DNA from: Eledone cirrhosa
Lineage: Eukaryota
DNA length: 64,000 bases
Reading direction: 5' to 3'
NCBI GenBank assembly: GCA_964016885.1
Contig: OZ024740.1
Location: 261,206,001 to 261,270,000, forward strand
The notes beneath the pieces are model-generated. The model had not been told where the DNA came from. It worked only from the letters and a program-made list of their open reading frames with translations, and searched no databases. Both the position numbers and the translations under genes were made by a program. This document shows positions 52,351 to 64,000 of the stretch, in pieces; the stretch's first letter is position 1, and each line of letters opens with the position of its first letter.

Positions 52351-52680
52351 AGAAAAGTCAGAGTAAGGGTCATGCTAGAAGACACCGCGAAAAATGTTAT
52401 TCTAAAGAACCCATATTTTAACAAAGGCATATATATGGGTGTGACCGATTGACGCTCTTGTTGGTGAATTGATTTTTTGGGTGGGGCTGTTTGCTTTGAT
52501 TGTATATTTTTGTGTATTTTATTTATAAGGTTCCTACCAACTTTCAATTGGTTATATGTATGTATTTCTATCTTCCTGGTTTTTTATTGCCTTATCTATT
52601 TTTCTATTATCTATAATCTATATCTGTCTCTATATTGGTACACCACTAAAACACATGTGTACACCATCTGTTAATTTGCA
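51865..52680 (-). mobile_element. Non-coding hammerhead-bearing element (retrozyme- or pLTR-like)
   Basis: Starts at (TA)n; 51865-52120 is homologous to 54850-55115; no credible ORF. Confidence 0.5.
52057..52114 (-). ncRNA. Minimal type-I hammerhead ribozyme (duplicate at 59598-59655)
   Basis: atac-CTGATGA-tatcaccggattt..aacccggtaatt-GAAA-TGATCA-TA-gtat. Confidence 0.7.
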
Positions 52681-52784
52681 TTGATACACACTCACTCTCA
52701 CACTCACTCTCTCACACACACACACACACGCGCACACACACACACATACATACATATATACATATATACATACATATAGGTCTA

Positions 52785-54210
52785 TAATCTAAAGGTCTTA
52801 AAGTCAACCTGGCAAAGACCAAAGTCCTAGAATGTAGAAAGAATAACAGCCCAGATTTACTCAGGGTAATGGCCATGCTCAGTGTGCAGGAAATGCAAAC
52901 TATGGGTACACAAGAGATGTACTGAGATCTGAGGTAGGCTGGCAAAGAATGCAGGTTTTATATGTGGTTGTTGCACTGATGCAGTCAGTAGCAACAGCCC
53001 ACAGGATACTAACTCCTTTAAATGCCTAGAGGGCTGGGTAGAAGTAGTTGATAGTTTCTGTTACCTGGGAGACCAAATTAACAGTGGAGCTGAATGTTCC
53101 AAAAGCACCTCAGCTATAATGAGAATGGGATAGAGGAAGTTCAGGGAGCAACTTCCGCTACTAGCCACAAAAGGTTTTTCCTTCAAAATAAAGGGCAGAT
53201 TGTGTGATGAGTGTATATGAACAGCAATGTTGTATAGCAGTGAGACCTGGGCACTGTGTGCAGAGGACCTGCAAAGAATGGAAAGAAATGAAGCTTCCAT
53301 GCTTCAATGGATGTGTAATAGTAATATACATGAATGACAAAGCATAAATGAATTGAGAGAGAAACTGGGTTTATGAGGAGTCAAATCCCATGTGCAGGAG
53401 AGGAGAATGTGCTGGTATGGATATGTGATGCGTACAAAAAATGACAGCTGTATAAAGAGGTGCAGGGGGCTCAAGCTTGATGGAAGCCTTGGTGTACAAA
53501 GATTTAGGAAGAATTAGGATGAGGTAATAAAAGCTGACCTTGCACAATTGCACTTCTCAAAGGCGATGACATGGGATTGAAATCTCTGGCATTAAAGAGA
53601 GTCGGACGCCATGCTTTCACGCATAGAGTTACGGCCGTTGCCATTCTGAGTTCAAATCCCGCCGAGGTTAACTTTGCCTTTCATCCTTACGGAGTCGATA
53701 AAATAAAGTACCAGTAATGTACTGGGTAATTGCTGGCCTTGTGCCAATAGTAGAAACAATTATAAAGTAATACAGAAGACTCGTCTTCCCATGTGCATGG
53801 GTTGAAGCATACATCTTGTATGCACTACCTTTCCCCTCTCTCTTCCATACGCCTCCAAGTCATAACACTCCACTCATGCCTCAACACCTTACCATCTCAC
53901 ACACACATCTAGATCTACCTCTCCAATCCCCCCCCCCTCCCAAGTTCCCAGCCCACAATGTAAAGTAGTTGTGATGGCGACAGCGCCTAGCCCACACTGT
54001 AAAGTGGCCATGTAGGTGTCATGACAAAGCACCCAGCTCACACTATAAAATGGTTGTGTAGGTGTCATGCAAAAAGCATACACTGCAAATGTGGTTGGTG
54101 TTGGGAAGGGTATCCAGCTGTAGAAACCAAGCGAAAACCAGTCCTTTATGAGCAAGACATGATCATCTGACGTGGCGTGTCTCACAATGAGGTGACTCAT
54201 CTACCCATAG
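52785..54210 (+). mobile_element. RTE LINE 3' half (Meta-UTR subfamily), decayed, with a SINE A at 53596-53762
   Basis: GLKVNLAKTKVL, VDSFCYLG, SETWAL; UTR repeats and ttgggaagggtatccagctgtagaaa. Duplicate at ~60347-61772. Confidence 0.8.
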
Positions 54211-54368
54211 TTTGCATTTGGGACTGAGGATAGCAAACAACCATAGCCATTTTTAATCATCCCAAATATTTTCAGATTTACCATCCATTATCAAGGTGAG
54301 TTCATAGAGGGACTTCAGAGAGAAACCTGAGAAATGTCATAAATGCTTGTTCAATTTAGTTTTTAATC

Positions 54369-54403
<35 letters not shown>

Positions 54404-54410
<7 letters not shown>

Positions 54411-54710
54411 AAAAAGAGATGAAATCGAAATGCAACTGGAGTCTTATTTTTTTTTAAATATATATATTTATTTGGTTCCTTTACCGGTTTCGCAGTTCTT
54501 CTGCTTTTCAAAAGGTGAGTTGAGATGGAGGGTCTGTGGTTTTTCTCACATCTGTTCACATGTGAGAAAAACCACAGACCCTCCATCTCAACTCACCTTT
54601 TGAAAAGCAGAAGAACTGCGAAACCGGTAAAGGAACCAAATAAATATATATATATATTTTTTTAAATAAGACTCCAGTTGCATTTTCGATTTCATCTCTT
54701 TTTCTTTATA
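54404..54710. repeat. Fold-back (~148 bp arms) between (TA)n tracts; duplicate at 61988-62295
   Basis: Arms are reverse complements apart from homopolymer and TA slippage; loop ctgttcac. Confidence 0.95.
54596..54633 (+). ncRNA. Minimal hammerhead with U3-A8 variant core (mirror on - strand at 54478-54515)
   Basis: cctt-TTGAAAA-gcag aagaa ctgc-GAAA-ccgg-TA-aagg, then AATAAA. Confidence 0.65.
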
Positions 54711-54765
54711 CTTTCACTCGTGTAGGACACCTCGGTTATTTTTCATTTTGTAAAAAAAACCTCAC

Positions 54766-54830
<65 letters not shown>

Positions 54831-54849
54831 TATATATATATACATTTAA

Positions 54850-55684
54850 GTGTGGTGGTTCACAATGGGTAGAACTGGTCATTCCGTATAGCCAACCATG
54901 ATGTAATATTAGGAAAAGCACTCAACGTTATGCAATTCATCCATCTTTGACGTTAAATCTTGTTGGTGGTGCGAGAATGGAGTTAATTATTATTGAGTAA
55001 AATGACAGGAGGCCGGACTGGTGAAATTCCTTCAAAGATTTATTATAGCAAACACTATATACATTTCAGTGGTCAAGTTCCAGAAGATCCTGGTGACATC
55101 ATCTGGTGTTTATTGCATAATAGTTATATAATAACGGAATCATTATAACTAATAACTGTCTGGCATACGTTGCTTCACCGGCCAACTGTACTGACTCTTC
55201 TGGTCATGTGGGGCATGAGCCGGTGGACGTTTCATATAATAAAAATAATAGAAATAATAGAAATAATAGAAATATTTCCCAACTGAACATATTTCTCTGT
55301 AACCTGATCTCCTTTACCACTAGCATGTGTCTAAATAGCAGTGAATTGCAGGGTAGTAGTATTAAGCATACTAAGCATACAACCCCCTGACCAAACCGGT
55401 AAGACAAAATTGATGAGAATCCACACTCGCAGGTGGTCAGCCAAACAGACAACAACTGGCCCTCTTCATTGCCTTCGAGGCAAAAGCATTTTTCTTTTCT
55501 TTTTATAGTCTCTTGGATTGTGTTTACCATTAGTCCTTTATTATATAACTATTATGAAATAAACACCTGATGATGTCACCGGGATCTTACATAACTTGTC
55601 CACTGAAATGTATATAGTGTTTGCTATATTAAATCTTTGAAGGAATTTCACCAGTCTGGCCTTCTGTCATTTTACTCAATAATA
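54850..55684. mobile_element. Hammerhead element with ~150 bp inverted ends and ~400 bp spacer; duplicate at ~62431-63265
   Basis: 54989-55138 mirrors 55534-55684; (TA)n on both sides. Confidence 0.7.
55561..55622 (+). ncRNA. Minimal type-I hammerhead ribozyme (duplicate at 63142-63203)
   Basis: aaacac-CTGATGA-...-GAAA-tgtata-TA-gtgttt with a perfect 6 bp stem I. The mirror copy at 55050-55111 has a mutated core (CAGATGA). Confidence 0.7.
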
Positions 55685-55695
55685 TATATATATAT

Positions 55696-57885
55696 ATCAT
55701 CACCATCATCATTTTACGTCCGCTTTTCCCTGCTTGCAAGGGTTGGATGGGTCCTATTCAGCACAGCAACTCTCCACCGGTCACGGTCCTTCATCATCTC
55801 CTCCGTGAGTTTCAGCGATCTGAGGTCTGCTCTCACCACATCCGCCCATGTTTTTCGTGGTCTACCTTTACTGTGTCTTCCCTCCACTGGGACTTCCTGG
55901 CACTTCTTCACCCATTGGTCATCCTCCATGCACATCACATGTCCACACCATCTCAGCCGTCTCTCCTTCACACCACAACTTATCCCTCTTATACCCAGTT
56001 TCTTTCTCATCTCATGCTTGGTCGTTCATGCACATTGACATTTCACATCCAACGGAGCAAACTTGCTTCATTTCTCTCCAGCCGTCACATATCTTCTGCA
56101 GTTGCTGCCCATGTCTGACTACTATTCAACATCGCGCATCTCACACAGGCATCATATAACCGTCCTTTCATACGCAGGGAGAAACCCTTCTTTGTCAACA
56201 GAGGGAGCAGTTCACTAAACTTCTTCCAACCCGTCCTTATTCTAGATACTATGGCCTCGGAACAACCCCCTCCCACGCTAATCTGATCACCTAGGTACCA
56301 GAAGCTATAGCACCCATCTGCATTGGAAAAATGAGTCTATCACTGCGATTACTACTGTCAACTTTCCCTGTACATCTACTGCATACGTAGTTTTCCCTAC
56401 CTGTTAGTTTGCCTGATATCCCACTACATCTCTTGTGTACCCAAGATCTGCATTGCGTACATTTTATGGAATTTATGCCAGTTCCTTTCCTACATATCGA
56501 ACATGGCCATTTTCCTGATGGAATCAGAGTATTGTCCTCTCTTCTACTTATCAACGCCTTTGTTTTAGCTATGTTCACTCTCAGGCCTCTTGATTGCAAC
56601 TGCTGTTTCCATAGCCAGATTTTATTCTCTAGCTCCTCTACTGATTCTGCTATAAGAACCAGATCATCAGCATAAAGAAGTTCCCATGGGTATCCAGTCT
56701 TAAACGCCTCCATTATGGCTTGGAGGACTATAATGAACAAGAGTGAGCTGAGGACAGAACCTTGATATACACCTACTTGTATCTGGAATTCTTCACTAAA
56801 CTCCATTCCTATTCTCACTTTACTGACAACACCCCTGTACATAGCTTGCACTGTCCTCACAAGCCATTCCTCTACCCCTAGTTTCCTTAGGGACCACCAG
56901 ATGACAGATCGGGTACCCTATCAAAGGCCTTCTCTAGGTCAACAAAAGCTAAGTATAGTGGCTTATTCTTCTCTAAGAACCTCTCTTGTAGTTGCCTCAC
57001 TATGAAGAGGGCATCTGTTGTACTTTTCCGAGGCACAAAATCAATCTGCATCTCATCTAAATTGACCCTTTCTCTAATCAGTTGCGCTAATATTCTCTCT
57101 GCCACTTTCATAACCTGATACATCAGCTTTATGCCCCTATAAATGCTCCTCTCCCGAGCATCCCTTTACCTTTGTAGCAATTTATGAGAATACTGCTGCA
57201 CCAATCTTTGGGTATGACACCGCCATATATAGCCTGATTGATGATGCGTGCAACCAGTTTAGTGCCTACATCCCCTGTTGCCTTCAGCATCTCAGCAACT
57301 ATCCCTGACGGTCCAGCGGCCTTACCATTTTTCATTTCCTTAATCGCCTCATGGACCCTATATTCGTCAATCTCAATAGCTGATCCTTCTGTCGGATCTA
57401 CTGGGGGTTATTTCTCTCTCTCTCCCATTCGTTCTCCACATTCATCAGTCCCTCATAATGACATTTCCAGGCCTCCTTCTTTTGATCATTCGTGACACTA
57501 AGTACATCGGCATCATTCCAGACACACTTATCTCCAACAACATCCTGATTTACACCTACACACTGCCTTGCAATGCGGAACACCGCACGTCTCTGATCTT
57601 CCCGTCGCAGAACATTGGCAAACCTCCTACTCTCAGCCTCCCTGCGTGCTAAGTACATCTGACATCTAGCTTCTCTCTTAGTGGCTGTGTATCCGTCTCT
57701 ACTCCCATCATTTTTCCAAGCTTTCCATGCCAGTCTTTTGTCTCTAATGGCCCTATCTGCTGTGCTGTTCCACCACCAGGTCACTCTCTGTCTGGTGGAA
57801 GCTCTGCCCCAACCACAGTAGCCTGCAGTAAGTTGTCACGCAAGAAATTCCAGTTATCATCTATGTCATACAACTCTAAATCGTG
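55696..57885 (-). mobile_element. RTE LINE (5'-truncated) with PHD-like insert; partial duplicate at 63277-64000
   Basis: MTWWWN, KNGKAAGPSGI, AFVDLEKAFDRVP, QGSVLS, LLYADDL, intact C4HC3 motif, RRLRWCGHVM, (GAT)n tail. Confidence 0.92.
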
Positions 57886-57910
57886 TATATATATATATAT
57901 ATATATACAT

Positions 57911-58289
57911 ATCATCATCATCATCATCCTTTTACATCCGCTTTTCCCTGCTTGCAAGGGTGGGACGGGAACTGATTTTGGCTTGATTTCTGCAGCTGGA
58001 TGCCCTTCCTAACACCAACCTGAGTGGTGGGTGCTTTTTTTTCCGTGGCGCCTACACGTCCACTTTACAGTGTGGGCTGGGTGCTTTTTTGCCGTGGCAC
58101 CTCCACGACCACTTTACAGTGGAATGATAGGGACTCCAGTCCTATCATCTCATTTCTACAGCTGAGTAAACTGGAGCAATGTGAAATAAAGTATCTTGCT
58201 CAAGGAAACAACACATCATCCAGTCCGAGAATTGAACTCACAACCTTTCGATTGCAAGGCCAATGCTCTAACCACTAAGCCATGTGCCT
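57911..58289 (-). mobile_element. SINE family B (short RTE tail)
   Basis: Reverse complement of the 49867-50260 consensus. Confidence 0.85.
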
Positions 58290-58290
58290 C

Positions 58291-58373
<83 letters not shown>

Positions 58374-58378
58374 CATAT

Positions 58379-58426
<48 letters not shown>

Positions 58427-58446
58427 TATACATATACATATCATAC

Positions 58447-58477
<31 letters not shown>

Positions 58478-58523
58478 CATATATATACATATATATACAT
58501 ATATATACATATACATATCATAC

Positions 58524-58554
<31 letters not shown>

Positions 58555-58595
58555 CATATATATACATATATATACATATATATACATATACATAT

Positions 58596-58659
<64 letters not shown>

Positions 58660-59099
58660 TATAGAGAGAGAGACTACTGCGTTAGTTCAGACCTAGCTGT
58701 CGAAACGGCCAGAGCTCAGCTGGTACAACCACAAACATACATTTAATAGGTCGGATAAAAAATCTTCCACTTCACTTTCACATTTGATTTGGAATTTAAA
58801 GGACAACAATATAGGCTATTCAAAATCTTGGGGAACGATTTCGAAAGCACCTGCATACCAAATAATTTTTTTAAACAAACTGTTAATCCTTTTTAAATTA
58901 ACGTAAATACAAGCTCTTCTTTCTTTCTCTTTCTTCTTCCTACACATACATATATCCTAATAATTATTTTAATCTACCTAGCGTCTAAAAATAACGTTTT
59001 TTTTTCAGCCCTATACCTCAAACTCATTTGCATACTCATCTTAATAATTTGAAATATTTGACTTTTCTTCTCTATCCCTTCTTTCATTTACTATCCAGG

Positions 59100-59345
59100 A
59101 ATAACTTGAACCGTTAAGATCTTATTCCTGAGTATGTCAATATTTATAAAACAAACTTTGTATTTCATCTAATGAGAGCGTACCAAAGTTTTGGTACCCT
59201 TGAAATATATATAATAGAATAAATATGGTTTTATAAATATAGTTTACATTTATTTAATATCATTGAATATTATACTCCAGAAAACTTGTCAAGTGCTTTG
59301 AATCAATTATAAACATTTATATTTGTTGAATTACCAACAAATTAA
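59100..59345 (+). mobile_element. Hammerhead-like cassette (19281 family), mutated core
   Basis: tatttcat-CTAATGA-gagcgtaccaaagttttggtaccctt-GAAA-tatata-TA-atagaata; the downstream aaatatggttttataaatata is shared with 19345. Confidence 0.5.
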
Positions 59346-59579
59346 ATATCCCTTTTGCTTATATATATATAAACGGAAAAAATGAAACGAAATTTCATTT
59401 TCCACTCTTAGTACGGCTGTTACTTAAATATAAGTATGTACACGTACATACATATATGTATACAGATGTACAGTAGTATGTATATATATACATACATGCA
59501 CACATATATATATGTACGTATGGATTCACCGAACATTTATTATAATGCTCGGTGTGTTTGTAAACAAACATCCCGTATT

Positions 59580-59850
59580 ATCCTTGAAAGGTTTATTATA
59601 CTATGATCATTTCAATTACCGGGTTCCGTATGAATCCGGTGATATCATCAGGTATTCGAAATATAACAAAGGAATATATAAAATCCATGGGTCCGAAATC
59701 AGAGACAGAGAGGACGACTGATCAACTAGCTGCTTTCACCTCGGTCAGTCGCCCTTAAGTGATGGCAACTCGGTCTACTAATGACCATCTGGTGAGGGGG
59801 TCGAAGGCTTATAATGTACTACCACCTCTCCGTCAGAGAAGGAAAAAAGA

Positions 59851-59895
<45 letters not shown>

Positions 59896-61927
59896 AAAGA
59901 AAGAAAGAAAGAAGAAAAGTCAGAGTAAGGGTCATGCTAGAAGACACCGCGAAAAATGTTATTCTAAAGAACCCATATTTTAACAAAGGCATATATATGG
60001 GTGTGACCGATTGACGCTCTTGTTGGTGAATTGATTTTTTGGGTGGGGCTGTTTGCTTTGATTGTATATTTTTGTGTATTTTATTTATAAGGTTCCTACC
60101 AACTTTCAATTGGTTATATGTATGTATTTCTATCTTCCTGGTTTTTTATTGCCTTATCTATTTTTCTATTATCTATAATCTATATCTGTCTCTATATTGG
60201 TACACCACTAAAACACATGTGTGCACCATCTGTTAATTTGCATTGATACACACTCACTCTCACACTCACTCTCTCACACACACACACACACGCGCACACA
60301 CACACACATACATACATATATACATATATACATACATATAGGTCTATAATCTAAAGGTCTTAAAGTCAACCTGGCAAAGACCAAAGTCCTAGAATGTAGA
60401 AAGAATAACAGCCCAGATTTACTCAGGGTAATGGCCATGCTCAGTGTGCAGGAAATGCAAACTATGGGTACACAAGAGATGTACTGAGATCTGAGGTAGG
60501 CTGGCAAAGAATGCAGGTTTTATATGTGGTTGTTGCACTGATGCAGTCAGTAGCAACAGCCCACAGGATACTAACTCCTTTAAATGCCTAGAGGGCTGGG
60601 TAGAAGTAGTTGATAGTTTCTGTTACCTGGGAGACCAAATTAACAGTGGAGCTGAATGTTCCAAAAGCACCTCAGCTATAATGAGAATGGGATAGAGGAA
60701 GTTCAGGGAGCAACTTCCGCTACTAGCCACAAAAGGTTTTTCCTTCAAAATAAAGGGCAGATTGTGTGATGAGTGTATATGAACAGCAATGTTGTATAGC
60801 AGTGAGACCTGGGCACTGTGTGCAGAGGACCTGCAAAGAATGGAAAGAAATGAAGCTTCCATGCTTCAATGGATGTGTAATAGTAATATACATGAATGAC
60901 AAAGCATAAATGAATTGAGAGAGAAACTGGGTTTATGAGGAGTCAAATCCCATGTGCAGGAGAGGAGAATGTGCTGGTATGGATATGTGATGCGTACAAA
61001 AAATGACAGCTGTATAAAGAGGTGCAGGGGGCTCAAGCTTGATGGAAGCCTTGGTGTACAAAGATTTAGGAAGAATTAGGATGAGGTAATAAAAGCTGAC
61101 CTTGCACAATTGCACTTCTCAAAGGCGATGACATGGGATTGAAATCTCTGGCATTAAAGAGAGTCGGACGCCATGCTTTCACGCATAGAGTTACGGCCGT
61201 TGCCATTCTGAGTTCAAATCCCGCCGAGGTTAACTTTGCCTTTCATCCTTACGGAGTCGATAAAATAAAGTACCAGTAATGTACTGGGTAATTGCTGGCC
61301 TTGTGCCAATAGTAGAAACAATTATAAAGTAATACAGAAGACTCGTCTTCCCATGTGCATGGGTTGAAGCATACATCTTGTATGCACTACCTTTCCCCTC
61401 TCTCTTCCATACGCCTCCAAGTCATAACACTCCACTCATGCCTCAACACCTTACCATCTCACACACACATCTAGATCTACCTCTCCAATCCCCCCCCCCT
61501 CCCAAGTTCCCAGCCCACAATGTAAAGTAGTTGTGATGGCGACAGCGCCTAGCCCACACTGTAAAGTGGCCATGTAGGTGTCATGACAAAGCACCCAGCT
61601 CACACTATAAAATGGTTGTGTAGGTGTCATGCAAAAAGCATACACTGCAAATGTGGTTGGTGTTGGGAAGGGTATCCAGCTGTAGAAACCAAGCGAAAAC
61701 CAGTCCTTTATGAGCAAGACATGATCATCTGACGTGGCGTGTCTCACAATGAGGTGACTCATCTACCCATAGTTTGCATTTGGGACTGAGGATAGCAAAC
61801 AACCATAGCCATTTTTAATCATCCCAAATATTTTCAGATTTACCATCCATTATCAAGGTGAGTTCATAGAGGGACTTCAGAGAGAAACCTGAGAAATGTC
61901 ATAAGTGCTTGTTCAATTTAGTTTTTA

Positions 61928-61994
<67 letters not shown>

Positions 61995-62350
61995 AAAAAG
62001 AGATGAAATCGAAATGCAACTGGAGTCTTATTTTTTTTAAAATATATATATTTATTTGGTTCCTTTACCGGTTTCGCAGTTCTTCTGCTTTTCAAAAGGT
62101 GAGTTGAGATGGAGGGTCTGTGGTTTTTTCTCACATCTGTTCACATGTGAGAAAAACCACAGACCCTCCATCTCAACTCACCTTTTGAAAAGCAGAAGAA
62201 CTGCGAAACCGGTAAAGGAACCAAATAAATATATATATATATTTTTTTAAATAAGACTCCAGTTGCATTTTCGATTTCATCTCTTTTTCTTTATACTTTC
62301 ACTCGTGTAGGACACCTCGGTTATTTTTCATTTTGTAAAAAAAACCTCAC

Positions 62351-62411
<61 letters not shown>

Positions 62412-64000
62412 TATATATATATACATTTAAGTGTGGTGGTTCACAATGGGTAGAACTGGTCATTCCGTATAGCCAACCATGATGTAATATTAGGAAAAGC
62501 ACTCAACGTTATGCAATTCATCCATCTTTGACGTTAAATCTTGTTGGTGGTGCGAGAATGGAGTTAATTATTATTGAGTAAAATGACAGGAGGCCGGACT
62601 GGTGAAATTCCTTCAAAGATTTATTATAGCAAACACTATGTACATTTCAGTGGTCAAGTTCCAGAAGATCCTGGTGACATCATCTGGTGTTTATTGCATA
62701 ATAGTTATATAATAACGGAATCATTATAACTAATAACTGTCTGGCATACGTTGCTTCACCGGCCAACTGTACTGACTCTTCTGGTCATGTGGGGCATGAG
62801 CCGGTGGACGTTTCATATAATAAAAATAATAGAAATAATAGAAATAATAGAAATATTTCCCAACTGAACATATTTCTCTGTAACCTGATCTCCTTTACCA
62901 CTAGCATGTGTCTAAATAGCAGTGAATTGCAGGGTAGTAGTATTAAGCATACTAAGCATACAACCCCCTGACCAAACCGGTAAGACAAAATTGATGAGAA
63001 TCCACACTCGCAGGTGGTCAGCCAAACAGACAACAACTGGCCCTCTTCATTGCCTTCGAGGCAAAAGCATTTTTCTTTTCTTTTTATAGTCTCTTGGATT
63101 GTGTTTACCATTAGTCCTTTATTATATAACTATTATGAAATAAACACCTGATGATGTCACCGGGATCTTACATAACTTGTCCACTGAAATGTATATAGTG
63201 TTTGCTATATTAAATCTTTGAAGGAATTTCACCAGTCTGGCCTTCTGTCATTTTACTCAATAATATATATATATATATCATCACCATCATCATTTTACGT
63301 CCGCTTTTCCCTGCTTGCAAGGGTTGGATGGGTCCTATTCAGCACAGCAACTCTCCACCGGTCACGGTCCTTCATCATCTCCTCCGTGAGTTTCAGCGAT
63401 CTGAGGTCTGCTCTCACCACATCCGCCCATGTTTTTCGTGGTCTACCTTTACTGTGTCTTCCCTCCACTGGGACTTCCTGGCACTTCTTCACCCATTGGT
63501 CATCCTCCATGCACATCACATGTCCACACCATCTCAGCCGTCTCTCCTTCACACCACAACTTATCCCTCTTATACCCAGTTTCTTTCTCATCTCATGCTT
63601 GGTCGTTCATGCACATTGACATTTCACATCCAACGGAGCAAACTTGCTTCATTTCTCTCCAGCCGTCACATATCTTCTGCAGTTGCTGCCCATGTCTGAC
63701 TACCATTCAACATCACGCATCTCACACAGGCATCATATAACCGTCCTTTCATACGCAGGGAGAAACCCTTCTTTGTCAACAGAGGGAGCAGTTCACTAAA
63801 CTTCTTCCAACCCGTCCTTATTCTAGATACTATGGCCTCGGAACAACCCCCTCCCACGCTAATCTGATCACCTAGGTACCAGAAGCTATAGCACCCATCT
63901 GCATTGGAAAAATGAGTCTATCACTGCGATTACTACTGTCAACTTTCCCTGTACATCTACTGCATACGTAGTTTTCCCTACCTGTTAGTTTGCCTGATAT
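59580..64000 (+). repeat. Segmental duplication, copy 2 (runs off window)
   Basis: Matches 52039 onward, with an offset of 7541 at the junction rising to 7581 through microsatellite length differences. Confidence 0.97.

Larger units (their letters stand above)
52039..56419 (+). repeat. Segmental duplication, copy 1
   Basis: Nearly identical to 59580-64000; differences are mainly microsatellite lengths and a few substitutions. Confidence 0.97.

Noticed and set aside
58196-58746. Long YI/HT/CV/ER-repeat ORFs here and at 12229, 22598-23334, 31268 and 32603
   Set aside because: Translations of stop-free microsatellites.

Overview
Repeat-dense, AT-rich animal genomic DNA. The SINE and LINE families and the (TA)n/(CA)n load suggest an octopus or other cephalopod (inference only). 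No intact host gene is evident: only three weak, phase-compatible minus-strand exon candidates. Most of the window is nested, decayed mobile elements: a Tc1 element carrying a CRE-like LINE; many RTE LINEs with a PHD-like finger inside the RT; at least three Penelope-like (PLE) lineages; an internally deleted Gypsy; a Rep-PIF1 Helitron with non-autonomous derivatives; and two tRNA-headed SINE families. A near-identical duplication with a ~7.5 kb offset (52039 onward repeated from 59580) runs off the window end. The most notable signal is a set of unrelated short cassettes next to (TA)n tracts that carry minimal type-I hammerhead ribozymes. Several are near-perfect 110-330 bp fold-backs with a ribozyme in both polarities, and one has a compensated U3-A8 core. 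A second signal is a palindromic Helitron 3' end that forms CTAG|TC head-to-tail junctions on both strands. All calls are by eye, and coordinates of decayed elements are approximate.
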